From: Phenylobacterium sp.
GTDB lineage: Bacteria; Pseudomonadota; Alphaproteobacteria; Caulobacterales; Caulobacteraceae
Length of the DNA: 64,000 nucleotides
NCBI GenBank assembly: GCA_028290945.1
Contig: JAQGIV010000084.1
Location: forward strand, 11,908 to 75,907
Direction of reading: 5' to 3'
Positions 34,759-44,579 of the stretch are shown in pieces. Below the pieces are notes generated by a model. The model saw nothing but the letters and a program-made list of their open reading frames with translations, was not told the origin of the DNA and made no database searches. The number at the start of each line of letters is the position of its first letter. Within the stretch, counting starts at the first letter, position 1. The translations under genes were made by a program, and so were the position numbers.

Positions 34759-35595
34759 CTAGTTCCGTCCCCGCGAGATAGCCGCACCGGCGCCGTCTTC
34801 CCGAATCCGACGGGTCTCATCGGTCACGTGCGTAACCTGATGGGTATCGAAATGCGCCGACAGCGCATTGCGGAATCCCTGGATATCCGCGGTGCGGTTG
34901 AGCGACCGCTTGAGCACCTGAAGGGCGAACGGCGGCGTCCGGGCGATCTTTTCGGCCAGCGCCAGGGTCTCAGCCTCCAGCTCCGCCCGCGGCGTCACGC
35001 GGTTGACCATGCCGATCCGGTGGGCCTCGGCGGCGGGCATCCGTTCGCCCGTGTAGAGGAACTCCTTCGCGGTCCGAAGGCCCATAACCCACGGGTGGAC
35101 CAGCACCTCGACCGCGGCGGCGGCGAGGGTCTGGCAGACCGGGTCGGAGAAGTAGGCCTCGTCCGAGGCCACCACCAGGTCGCACATGTTGGCGACCATG
35201 AAGGCGCCGCCGACGCATGCGCCTTGCACCTGGGCGATCGTTGGCTTGGGGCAGTCCCAGATCCGCAGGGAGTAGCCGTAGTAGCGCGTGGCCTCGTACT
35301 CCCAGCGCTGCTCGACCGTGTAGAGGCTGCGATCGCTCATCGCCTCCTTCAGGTCGTGGCCGGCGGAGAAGTGGTCGCCGACCCCGGCGATGACGATCAC
35401 GCGGACCAGCGGATCGGCGATGGCCTCACGCAGCGCCGCATCCATCTCGTCCAGCAGCGGGGTATTCTCGGCGTTCCGCTGCGCCGGTCGATTGTGGGAG
35501 ATCCGCGCGACTGCCCCGAGCCGCTCGTAGAGGACGTTGACGTAGGTCGCGGCCGGTTTGGCCTGAGGTTCGGCAATCGCGATCACGTCGTCCAT
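34759..35595 (-). CDS. Enoyl-CoA hydratase/isomerase family
   Basis: NRPAQRNA, FSAGHDL, PKPTIAQVQGACVGGA. Confidence 0.9.
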   Translation of the reverse strand: MDDVIAIAEPQAKPAATYVNVLYERLGAVARISHNRPAQRNAENTPLLDEMDAALREAIADPLVRVIVIAGVGDHFSAGHDLKEAMSDRSLYTVEQRWEYEATRYYGYSLRIWDCPKPTIAQVQGACVGGAFMVANMCDLVVASDEAYFSDPVCQTLAAAAVEVLVHPWVMGLRTAKEFLYTGERMPAAEAHRIGMVNRVTPRAELEAETLALAEKIARTPPFALQVLKRSLNRTADIQGFRNALSAHFDTHQVTHVTDETRRIREDGAGAAISRGRN

Positions 35596-35845
35596 CTGCG
35601 TCTCTCCTCGTTGTGGACGGCTACGATCCCATCGGCCGGCGGAGAGTGCATTGCCGTTGTATTGGTCGATGGATAACGCTTCGAATATAGCGCGCGGCGA
35701 CGGCGGTATGCTCCGCCGCCTGGGCGCGCACTAGGGTGGCCTTGAGCGCGCATAAGAAGCGTACGGTTCGGTTCGCGCCTGGCGTCCAGGAGTACGGTCG
35801 CGGCATCCGACCTCCACGCAGGCGACCGTAGGAGGGGAAGCGACC

Positions 35846-37192
35846 ATGGTGACATCCGACATCCCAAGCGCTGCCGGCGCAGGTCTGATGACCACAGGCG
35901 ATGCGCCGTTCGTCTCTGGCGCGGCGACGCCGATCTCGAAGCCGACCTGGTACTCCTATTATGTGCTGGGGCTCCTGGTGCTGGTCTACATGTTCAGTCA
36001 GGTCGATCGGAAGCTGCCCCTGATCCTGATCGAATCCGTCAAACATGATCTGAAGCTCAGCGACACACAGATCGGCCTCGCGACAGGTATCGTCTTCACG
36101 CTGGTCTATTCAGTCTTCGGCATACCGGTGTCGCGGGTGGCCGACCGCTACGGCCGCAAGGCGGTCATATGCTGGTCGCTGCTGGTGTGGAGCTCGATCA
36201 CGGGACTGAACGGCCTGGCCACCAACTTCTGGCAGTTCGCGATGGCCCGGGGTGGCGTGGCGATTGGCGAGTCGGGCGCGACGCCCTCGGCCCAGTCCTT
36301 GCTGCCGGACTTCTTCCCGCCCCGGCGGCTGGCTATGGCGGGCGGCATCTTCATGGCGGCATCGCCCATCGGCTATCTGGTGGCGGTGGCCGGCGGCGGA
36401 ATGCTCAACGACCTCGCCAGTTGGCGGGTGGCGATGATGGTGATGGCCGTGCCGGGGTTGTTGCTCACCGTGCTCGCCGCGCTCACCATCCGGGAGCCAA
36501 AGCGGGCGAAGGCGGTGGTCGGAGAGATCCCGCCCCTGTGGACATCGCTGCTCATCCTGTGGCGGATCAAGACGTTCCGGTACATGAACTTCGCGGCCAT
36601 GGCCTCGGGCTGCGCCGTCGGCGCTCTGGGCTCGTTCACGCCGGCCTACATCATGCGCCACTTCGGCTACACGTCGGGGCATACAGGGGTCTCCTACGGC
36701 CTGCTGGCCGCGGCCGCGGGCCTGTTCGGATGCCTGTCTGGCGGCGTGGTCGCCGACCGCCTCGGCGATCGCAACGTCCGGGCGGGTCTTTGGTACGTCG
36801 CCGCCATCGCGGCGCTCTCGGCGCCGGCCAGCATCGGCGCGTTGTTCTCGCCAAGCTACGGGCTGTTCCTGGCCCTGATGTTCATCCCCGAAGCTTCGAT
36901 CACCGCCTGGTCGGGTCCGAGCACACCCATCGTCATGACGCTCGTCGACCCGCGAATGCGGGCGCTCGCCTCGTCGGTCTATCTGTTCTCTTTCATGGGG
37001 GTCGGGTTCAGCATCGGCCCGGTGCTGGCCGGCGCATTCAGCGACCTGCTGCGCCCGACGCTGCACGCCGATTCGCTCAAGTGGGCGCTGGTGGGCATCG
37101 CCTCGCTCCGGATCCTGACCGCGATCTACTACGCGATTGCGGCCTCGAAGCTGAAGGGCGACCTGGCCCGAGCGGCAGCGCCCGCGGCCTAG
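35846..37192 (+). CDS. MFS transporter (spinster-like)
   Basis: VDRK, LSDTQIG, ADRYGRK, IGESG..P.A.SL. Confidence 0.9.
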   Translation: MVTSDIPSAAGAGLMTTGDAPFVSGAATPISKPTWYSYYVLGLLVLVYMFSQVDRKLPLILIESVKHDLKLSDTQIGLATGIVFTLVYSVFGIPVSRVADRYGRKAVICWSLLVWSSITGLNGLATNFWQFAMARGGVAIGESGATPSAQSLLPDFFPPRRLAMAGGIFMAASPIGYLVAVAGGGMLNDLASWRVAMMVMAVPGLLLTVLAALTIREPKRAKAVVGEIPPLWTSLLILWRIKTFRYMNFAAMASGCAVGALGSFTPAYIMRHFGYTSGHTGVSYGLLAAAAGLFGCLSGGVVADRLGDRNVRAGLWYVAAIAALSAPASIGALFSPSYGLFLALMFIPEASITAWSGPSTPIVMTLVDPRMRALASSVYLFSFMGVGFSIGPVLAGAFSDLLRPTLHADSLKWALVGIASLRILTAIYYAIAASKLKGDLARAAAPAA

Positions 37193-37641
37193 CTGGGCGC
37201 GGCCCGGTGGTAAGGCGAGATGGGCGAATCCCAGCGGATCTTCACCCGCCGGTTCACGAACAGCCAACGCTCGCCCACCGGCGCCAACCGGTCGATGTAG
37301 ACGCCCGCGTGATCGAAGCCAAAGTCCGTCACGACGAAGAAATAGGTCCAGGCGCCGGCCGCCGTCGGCGAGTCGAATTCGATGTGACAGGTGGTCAGGT
37401 TGTGCTGCGTGAAGCTGACCCGCGGCCCAGGTCGATCGCCGCGGGCGCGGCGGGCGGCGGTGAGGCTTTCCACGATCGCGTCGCGTCCGACGAGCGGACC
37501 GGAAGTGGTTTCAAGCACCCCATCCTGGGCGAAGGTCGCGGCCATGTCCTCGAACCGGCCCCGGTCGCCATTCATGCTGTAGATCGCCATGGTGCGGCGG
37601 ATTTCTTCCCGCGCGCGTAGGTCGTCGAAGGACGTTTCCAC
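37189..37641 (-). CDS. SnoaL/NTF2-like protein
   Basis: AREEIR...D...GRDAI...HNLT...GVYID...WLF..R. Confidence 0.85.
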   Translation of the reverse strand: METSFDDLRAREEIRRTMAIYSMNGDRGRFEDMAATFAQDGVLETTSGPLVGRDAIVESLTAARRARGDRPGPRVSFTQHNLTTCHIEFDSPTAAGAWTYFFVVTDFGFDHAGVYIDRLAPVGERWLFVNRRVKIRWDSPISPYHRAAPS

Positions 37642-37883
37642 TTTGGCTTCAGCTCCGTTCCGGACGTCTGGGCGTCGCGGCGGGAAAGCTGGAGGCGGGG
37701 CCCTTGGCTGTCACGCTTGGACGCGAGGCCAGCCCATACTCGATCAAATATGTCACCCCGATCATTGGGTCACGACCACAACCAAAGCGTCAGCTAGCAA
37801 TCTGCGGCGAGCCTCCCGGGGGGCGCTGCATCTGCAAAGGCAATGGGGCGCCGCCGGCCAACGACGACGCGGAGAGGGATGGA

Positions 37884-39032
37884 ATGGAACTCGCTTGGGC
37901 GCAGGAGCATGACCAGTATCGCGAGCGGCTGAGGGCGATCCTCGCCCGCGAGCTGCCATCGAACTGGATGCAGGACTATGCGCATGGCCGCGGGACGCAG
38001 GGCGAGATCGCGTTCTCGCGCACCTTCTGTCCCAAACTCGCCGCCGAGGGCCTGCTGATCCCTCATTGGCCGAAGGAATATGGCGGCCAGGACGGCGACG
38101 CCTGGGAGCATTTCATCCTGTCGGAGGAGATGTGGACGTGGGGAGACCCGCGGGGCCCGCAGTACATGAACGTCAACTGGATCGGCCCGACGTTGATGAA
38201 GTTCGGTTCGCCGGCCCAGAAGGAGGAGCACCTCACCCGCATCGCCAACGGCTCGGTGATCTGGTGCCAGGGCTTCTCCGAACCGCAGGCCGGGACCGAC
38301 CTTGCCGCCCTGCGCACCCGCGCCACCCGGACCAACCACGGCTATGTGATCAACGGATCGAAGATCTGGACCTCCTACGCCAACGGGTCCGACTGGTGCT
38401 TCCTGCTGACCCGGACCTCGGACGAGCGTCGCGCGATCTCGGTGTTCCTGGTGCCGATGGACACGCCGGGCATCGAGGTGTTCGCGATCCCCGGCCTGGT
38501 CGAGGAAGGCCACATCCACGAGGTCTTCTTCAAGGACGTCGAAGTGCCGTTTTCGGCTCTCGTGGGCGAGGAAGGCATGGGCTGGGAGGTGGTCACTCAT
38601 GCGCTCAGCCTCGAGCGGGTGGGGATCCCGAGGTACCACCTGGGCCGGCTGGCGATGGACGCCGCCATCGGCAAGCTGAAGCGCGAGGATCGCTATGGCG
38701 ATCCGCTGATGCGGGCGGCGGCCGGGCGGATCATCGCCAAGCTCGAAGCGGCGCGCATGCTGACCTACCTGGTCGTCGACCAGCGGGCCAAACAGCAGCC
38801 GGCCAACGCCATGACCAACATCGCCCGAGTCTCCAACGCCGAGGCGGTCACCGACACGCTCAACTTCCTGATGGAATATGCGCCCGGCTGCCTGACCAGC
38901 CGCGACGACCCGTATCTGACGCTGTTCTACCGGTACGCGATCACCAACACGATCGCCTCTGGCGCCTACGAATTGCAGCTGAACATGATCGCACAGCGTG
39001 CGCTCAATCTTCCCCGGGAGCGCAGGCAATGA
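37884..39032 (+). CDS. Acyl-CoA dehydrogenase (large subunit type)
   Basis: WPKEYGG, WCQGFSEPQAGTDLA, INGSKIWTS, EVFF. Confidence 0.92.
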   Translation: MELAWAQEHDQYRERLRAILARELPSNWMQDYAHGRGTQGEIAFSRTFCPKLAAEGLLIPHWPKEYGGQDGDAWEHFILSEEMWTWGDPRGPQYMNVNWIGPTLMKFGSPAQKEEHLTRIANGSVIWCQGFSEPQAGTDLAALRTRATRTNHGYVINGSKIWTSYANGSDWCFLLTRTSDERRAISVFLVPMDTPGIEVFAIPGLVEEGHIHEVFFKDVEVPFSALVGEEGMGWEVVTHALSLERVGIPRYHLGRLAMDAAIGKLKREDRYGDPLMRAAAGRIIAKLEAARMLTYLVVDQRAKQQPANAMTNIARVSNAEAVTDTLNFLMEYAPGCLTSRDDPYLTLFYRYAITNTIASGAYELQLNMIAQRALNLPRERRQ

Positions 39033-39955
39033 ATCTCGAGTTCACCGAGGACCAGGCGGTCCTGGTCTCCAGCGTCGAGAACATCCTCGACAAATACGCC
39101 GAGCTGCCGACCGCGAACCGGCGGGACTACCACTATTACGCCCGCGACCTCGACCAGGCGCTGGTCGCCAATGGCTTCCTGGACGCGGTCAGTTCGATGG
39201 GATCGCTCGAAGCGGTGCTGGTGGTGGAGGCGGTCTCCAAGATCGCTCCGGTGGTCGAGATCGCGACCTCGACCCTGGTCGCGCCGCATATCTCGGCCGA
39301 GGAACTGCCGCGGCCGCTGGCGATCGTGTCGGGTGACCTGAGCCAGGCGCAGCGCTATCTGTCGGTCGCCAAGGCGGCCCTGCTCGACACCGGGGACGAT
39401 ATCCTGCTGATCGACATCCGGCCGGGCGACGTCGAAGCCGTGGATACCATCTTCGCCTACCCGTTCGGGCGCTTCACGACGGCCCCAGACCTCTCCAAGG
39501 CCCGCTCGCTGGGCGCCGCCGCGGTCGGACCCTTCCGCCAATGGCGACAGGTGGCGCTGGCGGCGGAGGCCATCGGCGCCATGCGCAGCGCGGTCGATTT
39601 CACCGTCGACTACGTCAAGCAGCGTCAGATGTTCGGCCATGCGCTGGGCCTCTTCCAGGCCGTGCAGCACCGTCTCGCGCAATGCCACCAGGCCACCTGC
39701 GCGGCCCAGTACCTGACCTATCGCGCGGGGTGGAGCGGCGATCCGCTGGACGCCGTGCTGGCTGCGACCTACGCCCAGTCGCATATGCCAAAGCTGTGGT
39801 TCGACCTGCACCAGTTCAACGGCGCCATGGGCGTCACCAACGAGCACAAGCTGCACTTCTGGACCTACCGGTTGCGCGCCCTGCAGTCGGAGATGGGCGG
39901 CGCCAACGAAGGCGCCTTGCAGGCGGCTGAGCGCGTGTGGGGCAAGGTCGCCTGA
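39029..39955 (+). CDS. Short acyl-CoA dehydrogenase (probable heteromeric partner)
   Basis: MNLEFTEDQ, YVKQRQMFG..LG.FQAVQHRLA, HQFNGAMG.T.E; ATGA overlap with the upstream ACAD. Confidence 0.88.
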   Translation: MNLEFTEDQAVLVSSVENILDKYAELPTANRRDYHYYARDLDQALVANGFLDAVSSMGSLEAVLVVEAVSKIAPVVEIATSTLVAPHISAEELPRPLAIVSGDLSQAQRYLSVAKAALLDTGDDILLIDIRPGDVEAVDTIFAYPFGRFTTAPDLSKARSLGAAAVGPFRQWRQVALAAEAIGAMRSAVDFTVDYVKQRQMFGHALGLFQAVQHRLAQCHQATCAAQYLTYRAGWSGDPLDAVLAATYAQSHMPKLWFDLHQFNGAMGVTNEHKLHFWTYRLRALQSEMGGANEGALQAAERVWGKVA

Positions 39956-39967
39956 GGTAGGGCCGGG

Positions 39968-41131
39968 ATGGCGAGGACCATGGCTGAGGTCGACTGGGAA
40001 GACGGCGCGATCACCGACGACGGCATCGCGGCCATGCGGGCGCAGATTGGCGTCAGCCGCCCGACGCCGGCTTGGGATCGCGATGTCACGCTGGACGGCG
40101 TGGAGCACTTCGCGCTCGGCATCGGTGACGACAATCCCCTCTGGTGGGACGAGGCCCATGCGCTCGCCTCCCGATGGCAGGGCCGCATCGCTCCGCCCTG
40201 CTATCTCTACGCCCACTTCAACGGCCCGCGGCTGCGGCCGGAGGATGGCGACAGCTCGGTCGAGACCTTCCTGCCCGGCGCGCTCGGTCTCTTGGCCGGG
40301 GAGCGCTGGCGCTGGAGGCGGCCGGCGCGGGTGGGCGAGCGCATCGGCGCGGACGCGGCCCTGGTCGAGGTCACCGATCAACCCAGCAAATTCGGGGGAC
40401 GCTCCGTGGCGCAGGTCGAGCGGACCACGCTGCGCAGCGTGACGGGCGAGGTGGTCGCCGAGGTCGACCAGACCATCCGCCGTTTCGAACGCCGGGCGAC
40501 CCGCGAGCGGCGGACCTATCTCGATCGTCCGCTGGCCGCCTACACGGCCGCGGACCGCGCGCGCTTCGCCGCGCAATACGATCGCGAGGCCGAGGCGCGG
40601 CGTGGCGCACGGCCGCGCTATGTCGAGGATACGCCCACGGGCGAGATCCTCGGACCGATGCTCAAGGGCCCGCTGACCTTCACCAATACGGTGGGGTTCC
40701 TGCTGGGAATCGGATGCCCCAACACCCCGACCAATCGGATGGCCGCGGCCTTCCTGCGCCTGCATCCGGCCCAGAAGCTGGTGAACCCGGCAAGCGGCGT
40801 AGCCGACACGCTGAAAGCCTCCCACTTCGAGCCCGCAATCGCCCGCGCCGGCGGACTGCCGGCGGGCTATGACCTCGGCATCGCGCGGGTCAGTTGGTTC
40901 TCGCACCTGATCACCGACTGGATGGGTGACGACGGCTTCCTTGAAGAGCTCGACGTCCGGATCCGGCGACCGAACTTCCTCGGCGACGTCACCTGGCTCG
41001 CCGGATCGGTGGACAAGCGCGACCTCGAGAACGGCGCCGTCGCGGTGGCTGCGGAGGCGACCAATCAGCTGGGCGAGGTCACAGCCACGGCGACCGCGCG
41101 CATCATCCTGCCGCGGCGCGGCGCGGCCTAG
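39968..41131 (+). CDS. Double-hotdog MaoC/FAS1-like dehydratase paralogue 1
   Basis: HFALGIGDDNPLWWD...APP; GPMLKGPLT; SWFSHLITDWMGD. Confidence 0.82.
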   Translation: MARTMAEVDWEDGAITDDGIAAMRAQIGVSRPTPAWDRDVTLDGVEHFALGIGDDNPLWWDEAHALASRWQGRIAPPCYLYAHFNGPRLRPEDGDSSVETFLPGALGLLAGERWRWRRPARVGERIGADAALVEVTDQPSKFGGRSVAQVERTTLRSVTGEVVAEVDQTIRRFERRATRERRTYLDRPLAAYTAADRARFAAQYDREAEARRGARPRYVEDTPTGEILGPMLKGPLTFTNTVGFLLGIGCPNTPTNRMAAAFLRLHPAQKLVNPASGVADTLKASHFEPAIARAGGLPAGYDLGIARVSWFSHLITDWMGDDGFLEELDVRIRRPNFLGDVTWLAGSVDKRDLENGAVAVAAEATNQLGEVTATATARIILPRRGAA

Positions 41132-41270
41132 AGACATACCCGCTCGGATATGGCGGCGCGGCCGGCGGAGATGTCGCCAGGGTTGGCGAGGGGCTAGCGT
41201 TGAGGCCAACACAGGGCGGCGCGGCCCGTGTGACGCGGCGCGCCAGCCCCGGCCATGGGCGGGAAACGCG

Positions 41271-42500
41271 ATGCTGACCAAGGACGAGAACGATCTGCTG
41301 ACGCTGGTCGAGGGCGACGCCCCCATGGGGCGGATGCTGCGCGAGAACTTCTGGATGCCCGCCATGCTGGCCGCTCCGCTGGAGGCCGATGGGGCGCCGA
41401 TCCGCGTGCGGCTGCTGGGCGAGGACTTCGTGGCCTTCCGCGCCACGGACGGCCGGGTGGGGTTCCTCGACGAGGCCTGTCCACATCGGGGCACCTCTCT
41501 CGCGCTGGCGCGCAATGAGGACTGCGCGCTGCGCTGCATCTTCCATGGCTGGAAGATCGACGTCTCGGGCCAGGTGGTGGAGATCCCCACCGAGGCCGGC
41601 GAGGCCGCCGTCGAGCGGGCCGCCCAGGTGAAGGTCAACCACTATCCCGCGCGCGAAGCCGGCGGGCTGATCTGGGTGTGGCTCGGCAAGTCGGCGCCCG
41701 GGCCGTTCCCCGATCTCGGATTCTGCCACGTGCCCCTGAGCCAGGTGTCGGCCGCGGTCACCAAGGTGCCCTACAACTGGGTAGGCTCGATCGAGGCGAC
41801 GGTGGATTCGGCCCACATCGGCTTCCTGCACCGCGACTGGCTGAAGAACCTGCCGACCCTGGGCGGCGCCAGCATGGAAAACACCGCGCCCACCTATGAA
41901 TTCGAGGACCGTCCCTACGGTTATCGCGCGGCGGCGCTGCGCCGGCTGGGCGACGGCACGACCCATGTGCGGATCAATGAGTTCGTCATGCCGTTCCACT
42001 CCTCGCCGGGCGGATCTGGGGACACCCAGTCGTCGTACCAGATCAGCGTTCCGGTCGACAACGAGACGACCAACTTCTTCTTTGTGCGATGGAATACGGC
42101 CGGCCCTGTCAACACCGGCAACCTGGCGCCGGCGGGCGCCGACCTGAACAATTGGGTGCCGCTGCCTGGAACCCGAGAGAACAACTGGGGGCAGGACCGC
42201 GAGGCGATGACGCGGGGCTCGTTCTCCGGCTTCGACACCTTCGGCATCCTGACCGAAGACACGGTGGTGCAGGCCAGCATCGGGCCGATCGCCGACCGCA
42301 CCCGCGAGCAGCTCTCGGCCAGCGACATGTGCGTGGTGCGCACCCGGCGGCTGCTGATCAAGGCGGCGCGGGACTTCATGGCGGGCGAGCGGCCGCTGGG
42401 GGCGACCGGCGAGGTCCCCTATCCGCACATCCGCGGCGCCACCGGCGTGCTGACGCCCGGCCAGAAATGGCAGGACGAGCTGCGCATGGAAGCGGCCTGA
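41271..42500 (+). CDS. Rieske non-heme iron oxygenase (phthalate dioxygenase/LigX-like)
   Basis: CPHRG...CIFHGW Rieske motif; DSAHIGFLH mononuclear Fe motif. Confidence 0.9.
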   Translation: MLTKDENDLLTLVEGDAPMGRMLRENFWMPAMLAAPLEADGAPIRVRLLGEDFVAFRATDGRVGFLDEACPHRGTSLALARNEDCALRCIFHGWKIDVSGQVVEIPTEAGEAAVERAAQVKVNHYPAREAGGLIWVWLGKSAPGPFPDLGFCHVPLSQVSAAVTKVPYNWVGSIEATVDSAHIGFLHRDWLKNLPTLGGASMENTAPTYEFEDRPYGYRAAALRRLGDGTTHVRINEFVMPFHSSPGGSGDTQSSYQISVPVDNETTNFFFVRWNTAGPVNTGNLAPAGADLNNWVPLPGTRENNWGQDREAMTRGSFSGFDTFGILTEDTVVQASIGPIADRTREQLSASDMCVVRTRRLLIKAARDFMAGERPLGATGEVPYPHIRGATGVLTPGQKWQDELRMEAA

Positions 42501-42507
42501 GGCGGCG

Positions 42508-43428
42508 ACGCTGTCGTTCCAGGGAAAGGCGGCGATCGTCACCGGCGCCGGTCGCGGCATCGGTCAGGCGATCGCCCGGGCGCTGGCGCGGCAGGGCGCA
42601 GCCGTGGTCGTCAACGATTTCGGGGTCGACCCGAACGGCGGCTCGCCGAGCGCCGGACCGGCGGAGGAGACGGTGGCGCAAATCCTCGCCGAGGGCGGCC
42701 GCGCGGTCGCCCACGCGGGCTCGGTGGCCGCCGCGCCCGACGTGCGCGAGATGGTCGAGCTGTGCCTGCGCGAGTTCGACCGAGTGGACATCCTGGTGAA
42801 CAATGCCGGGATCATCATCCGCAACCTGGTCATCGACACCACCGAGGCAGACTGGGACCGGCAGATCGACGTGCTCTTGAAGGGCAGTTTCCTGTGTGCG
42901 CGCGAGGTGGCCCCGCACATGATGGCCCAGGGATGGGGGCGGATCGTCAACCTGACCTCGGCGTCGGGCCTGCTCGGGCTTCCGGGATCGAACGCCTACA
43001 CCGCGGCCAAGGCGGGCGTCATCGGCCTCACCCGGCTGCTGGCGCAGGAGCTCGCCTTCTACGGCATCACGGTCAACGCCGTGGCGCCGGGCGCCCATAC
43101 CCGAATGGGCTCGGCCCATCCGCCGGCGGTGGATCGCGTACGGCGCGCCTATGGCCTGACCCGCGAGCAATTGCGTGGGGCCGTTCAGGCGGCGCGTGAG
43201 CCCGACGCGGTGGCGGCCGGGGTCGTCTATCTCGCGTCGGACGAGGCGAGCTACGTCAACGGCCAGGTGATCGGGGTGGCGGGCGACCGGCTGGACCTGT
43301 GGTCGCATCCGCAGATCGTGCGCTCGGCGTTCAACGGGGACCCCCTGACCTACGAAGCCGTGCGCCGGCGGTTCCGGGACTCGGTCGGCGCGGGCTTGTC
43401 GAACGTCGTGCCGCCCCTGCCGGACTGA
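42508..43428 (+). CDS. SDR oxidoreductase (no canonical start codon before the Rossmann motif)
   Basis: In frame LSFQGKAAIVTGAGRGIG, NNAG, YTAAK; only ACG 42508 or CTG 42511 available after GAGG. Confidence 0.82.
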   Translation, partial: TLSFQGKAAIVTGAGRGIGQAIARALARQGAAVVVNDFGVDPNGGSPSAGPAEETVAQILAEGGRAVAHAGSVAAAPDVREMVELCLREFDRVDILVNNAGIIIRNLVIDTTEADWDRQIDVLLKGSFLCAREVAPHMMAQGWGRIVNLTSASGLLGLPGSNAYTAAKAGVIGLTRLLAQELAFYGITVNAVAPGAHTRMGSAHPPAVDRVRRAYGLTREQLRGAVQAAREPDAVAAGVVYLASDEASYVNGQVIGVAGDRLDLWSHPQIVRSAFNGDPLTYEAVRRRFRDSVGAGLSNVVPPLPD

Positions 43429-43453
43429 GGCCGGTCCGTGCGCGCGGCGGCGA

Positions 43454-44386
43454 CTAGCTGTGCGCCATCTCCGAGGCTTCGCGGCTCGCGAACTGCTGCG
43501 CAAGTTTCCAGAACCACTCCACCGGCGCCGGCTGCGGACCCGGCAGTTTCAGGAGGTGCACATGCATGGAGGCGTCGACCCCGATCAGCGGGCGTAGCAC
43601 CATGTCCGGATAGCCCTGGTTCGGCTCCTGCATCTGGCCGCGCCACTTGTGGACGATGACGCAGATCCGTTTCCGGGCCGCGAAGTGCAGCAGCATGTTG
43701 TGCTGCGGCTCGTAGGCCTCGATCAGAACCGCGCCGGCGCGCTGCAGCACGGTGTTGGAATGCAGCAGGTAGGAGGTGCCCGAGAAAGCCGGCATCACCG
43801 CGACCTTCACCCCCGCCATCTGCTCCAGGGTGACCTGCCGGCAGTCGGCCAGCGGGTGTTCGCTGGGAATTGCCAGGAAAATCTGGCTGGATTCCAGCGG
43901 CAGGGCGACCAAGCCCGCCGGCTCGAACGGCACCATGGCGAAGGTCAGGTCAAGCTTGCCCTGGCGCAGTCGCTCGACCAGATGGTTCGAATAGCCGCCT
44001 TCCATGCGCAGGCGGATGGCCGGATGCCGAGCCGCGAACTGGTCGAGGATCTCGAACCGATCCGGGTAGCGCACCGTGGTGCTCATCGGCGAGCCGATGC
44101 GCAGGCGCGCGCGGATGTTGGCCCGCAAATCCCAGACCGAGCGGTCGAAATGCTTCAGCGCCCCGTCGATCTCCTTGGCGTAGTCGAGGAACTGCCCGCC
44201 CTCGCGGCTGAGCTGGACGTGGTGCGGAGCGCGGACGAACAGGGCGAAGCCGAGCTGGTCCTCGAGTTTCTTGATGAGCAGCGAAAGGCGAGGCTGCGAA
44301 ACCCCGATCTCGTCGGCGGCCTTCGTGAACGACAGCTTCTCCGCTGTCGCGAGGAAGGGCTTCAGGAGACGGACATCGATGGACAT
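43454..44386 (-). CDS. LysR family regulator
   Basis: LSFTKAADEIGVSQPRLSLLIKKLEDQLGFALFVR. Confidence 0.93.
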   Translation of the reverse strand: MSIDVRLLKPFLATAEKLSFTKAADEIGVSQPRLSLLIKKLEDQLGFALFVRAPHHVQLSREGGQFLDYAKEIDGALKHFDRSVWDLRANIRARLRIGSPMSTTVRYPDRFEILDQFAARHPAIRLRMEGGYSNHLVERLRQGKLDLTFAMVPFEPAGLVALPLESSQIFLAIPSEHPLADCRQVTLEQMAGVKVAVMPAFSGTSYLLHSNTVLQRAGAVLIEAYEPQHNMLLHFAARKRICVIVHKWRGQMQEPNQGYPDMVLRPLIGVDASMHVHLLKLPGPQPAPVEWFWKLAQQFASREASEMAHS

Positions 44387-44579
44387 GAGATTGGTCCGGC
44401 GGTCCCAGGCTTCGCGCCTATATCAACCTCGATATGGTAAGACGGGTGTCCAATCATGACAAGTTGGTCGCCTCGTCTAGCATTCCCTCAATATCGGCGA
44501 GCACTACCGGCCCGCGAGCGAGCCTGAGTTTTCAGGCTCAAAGCAGACGAGGTTCCGGCGGCCGATAAAGGGGGAAGCG

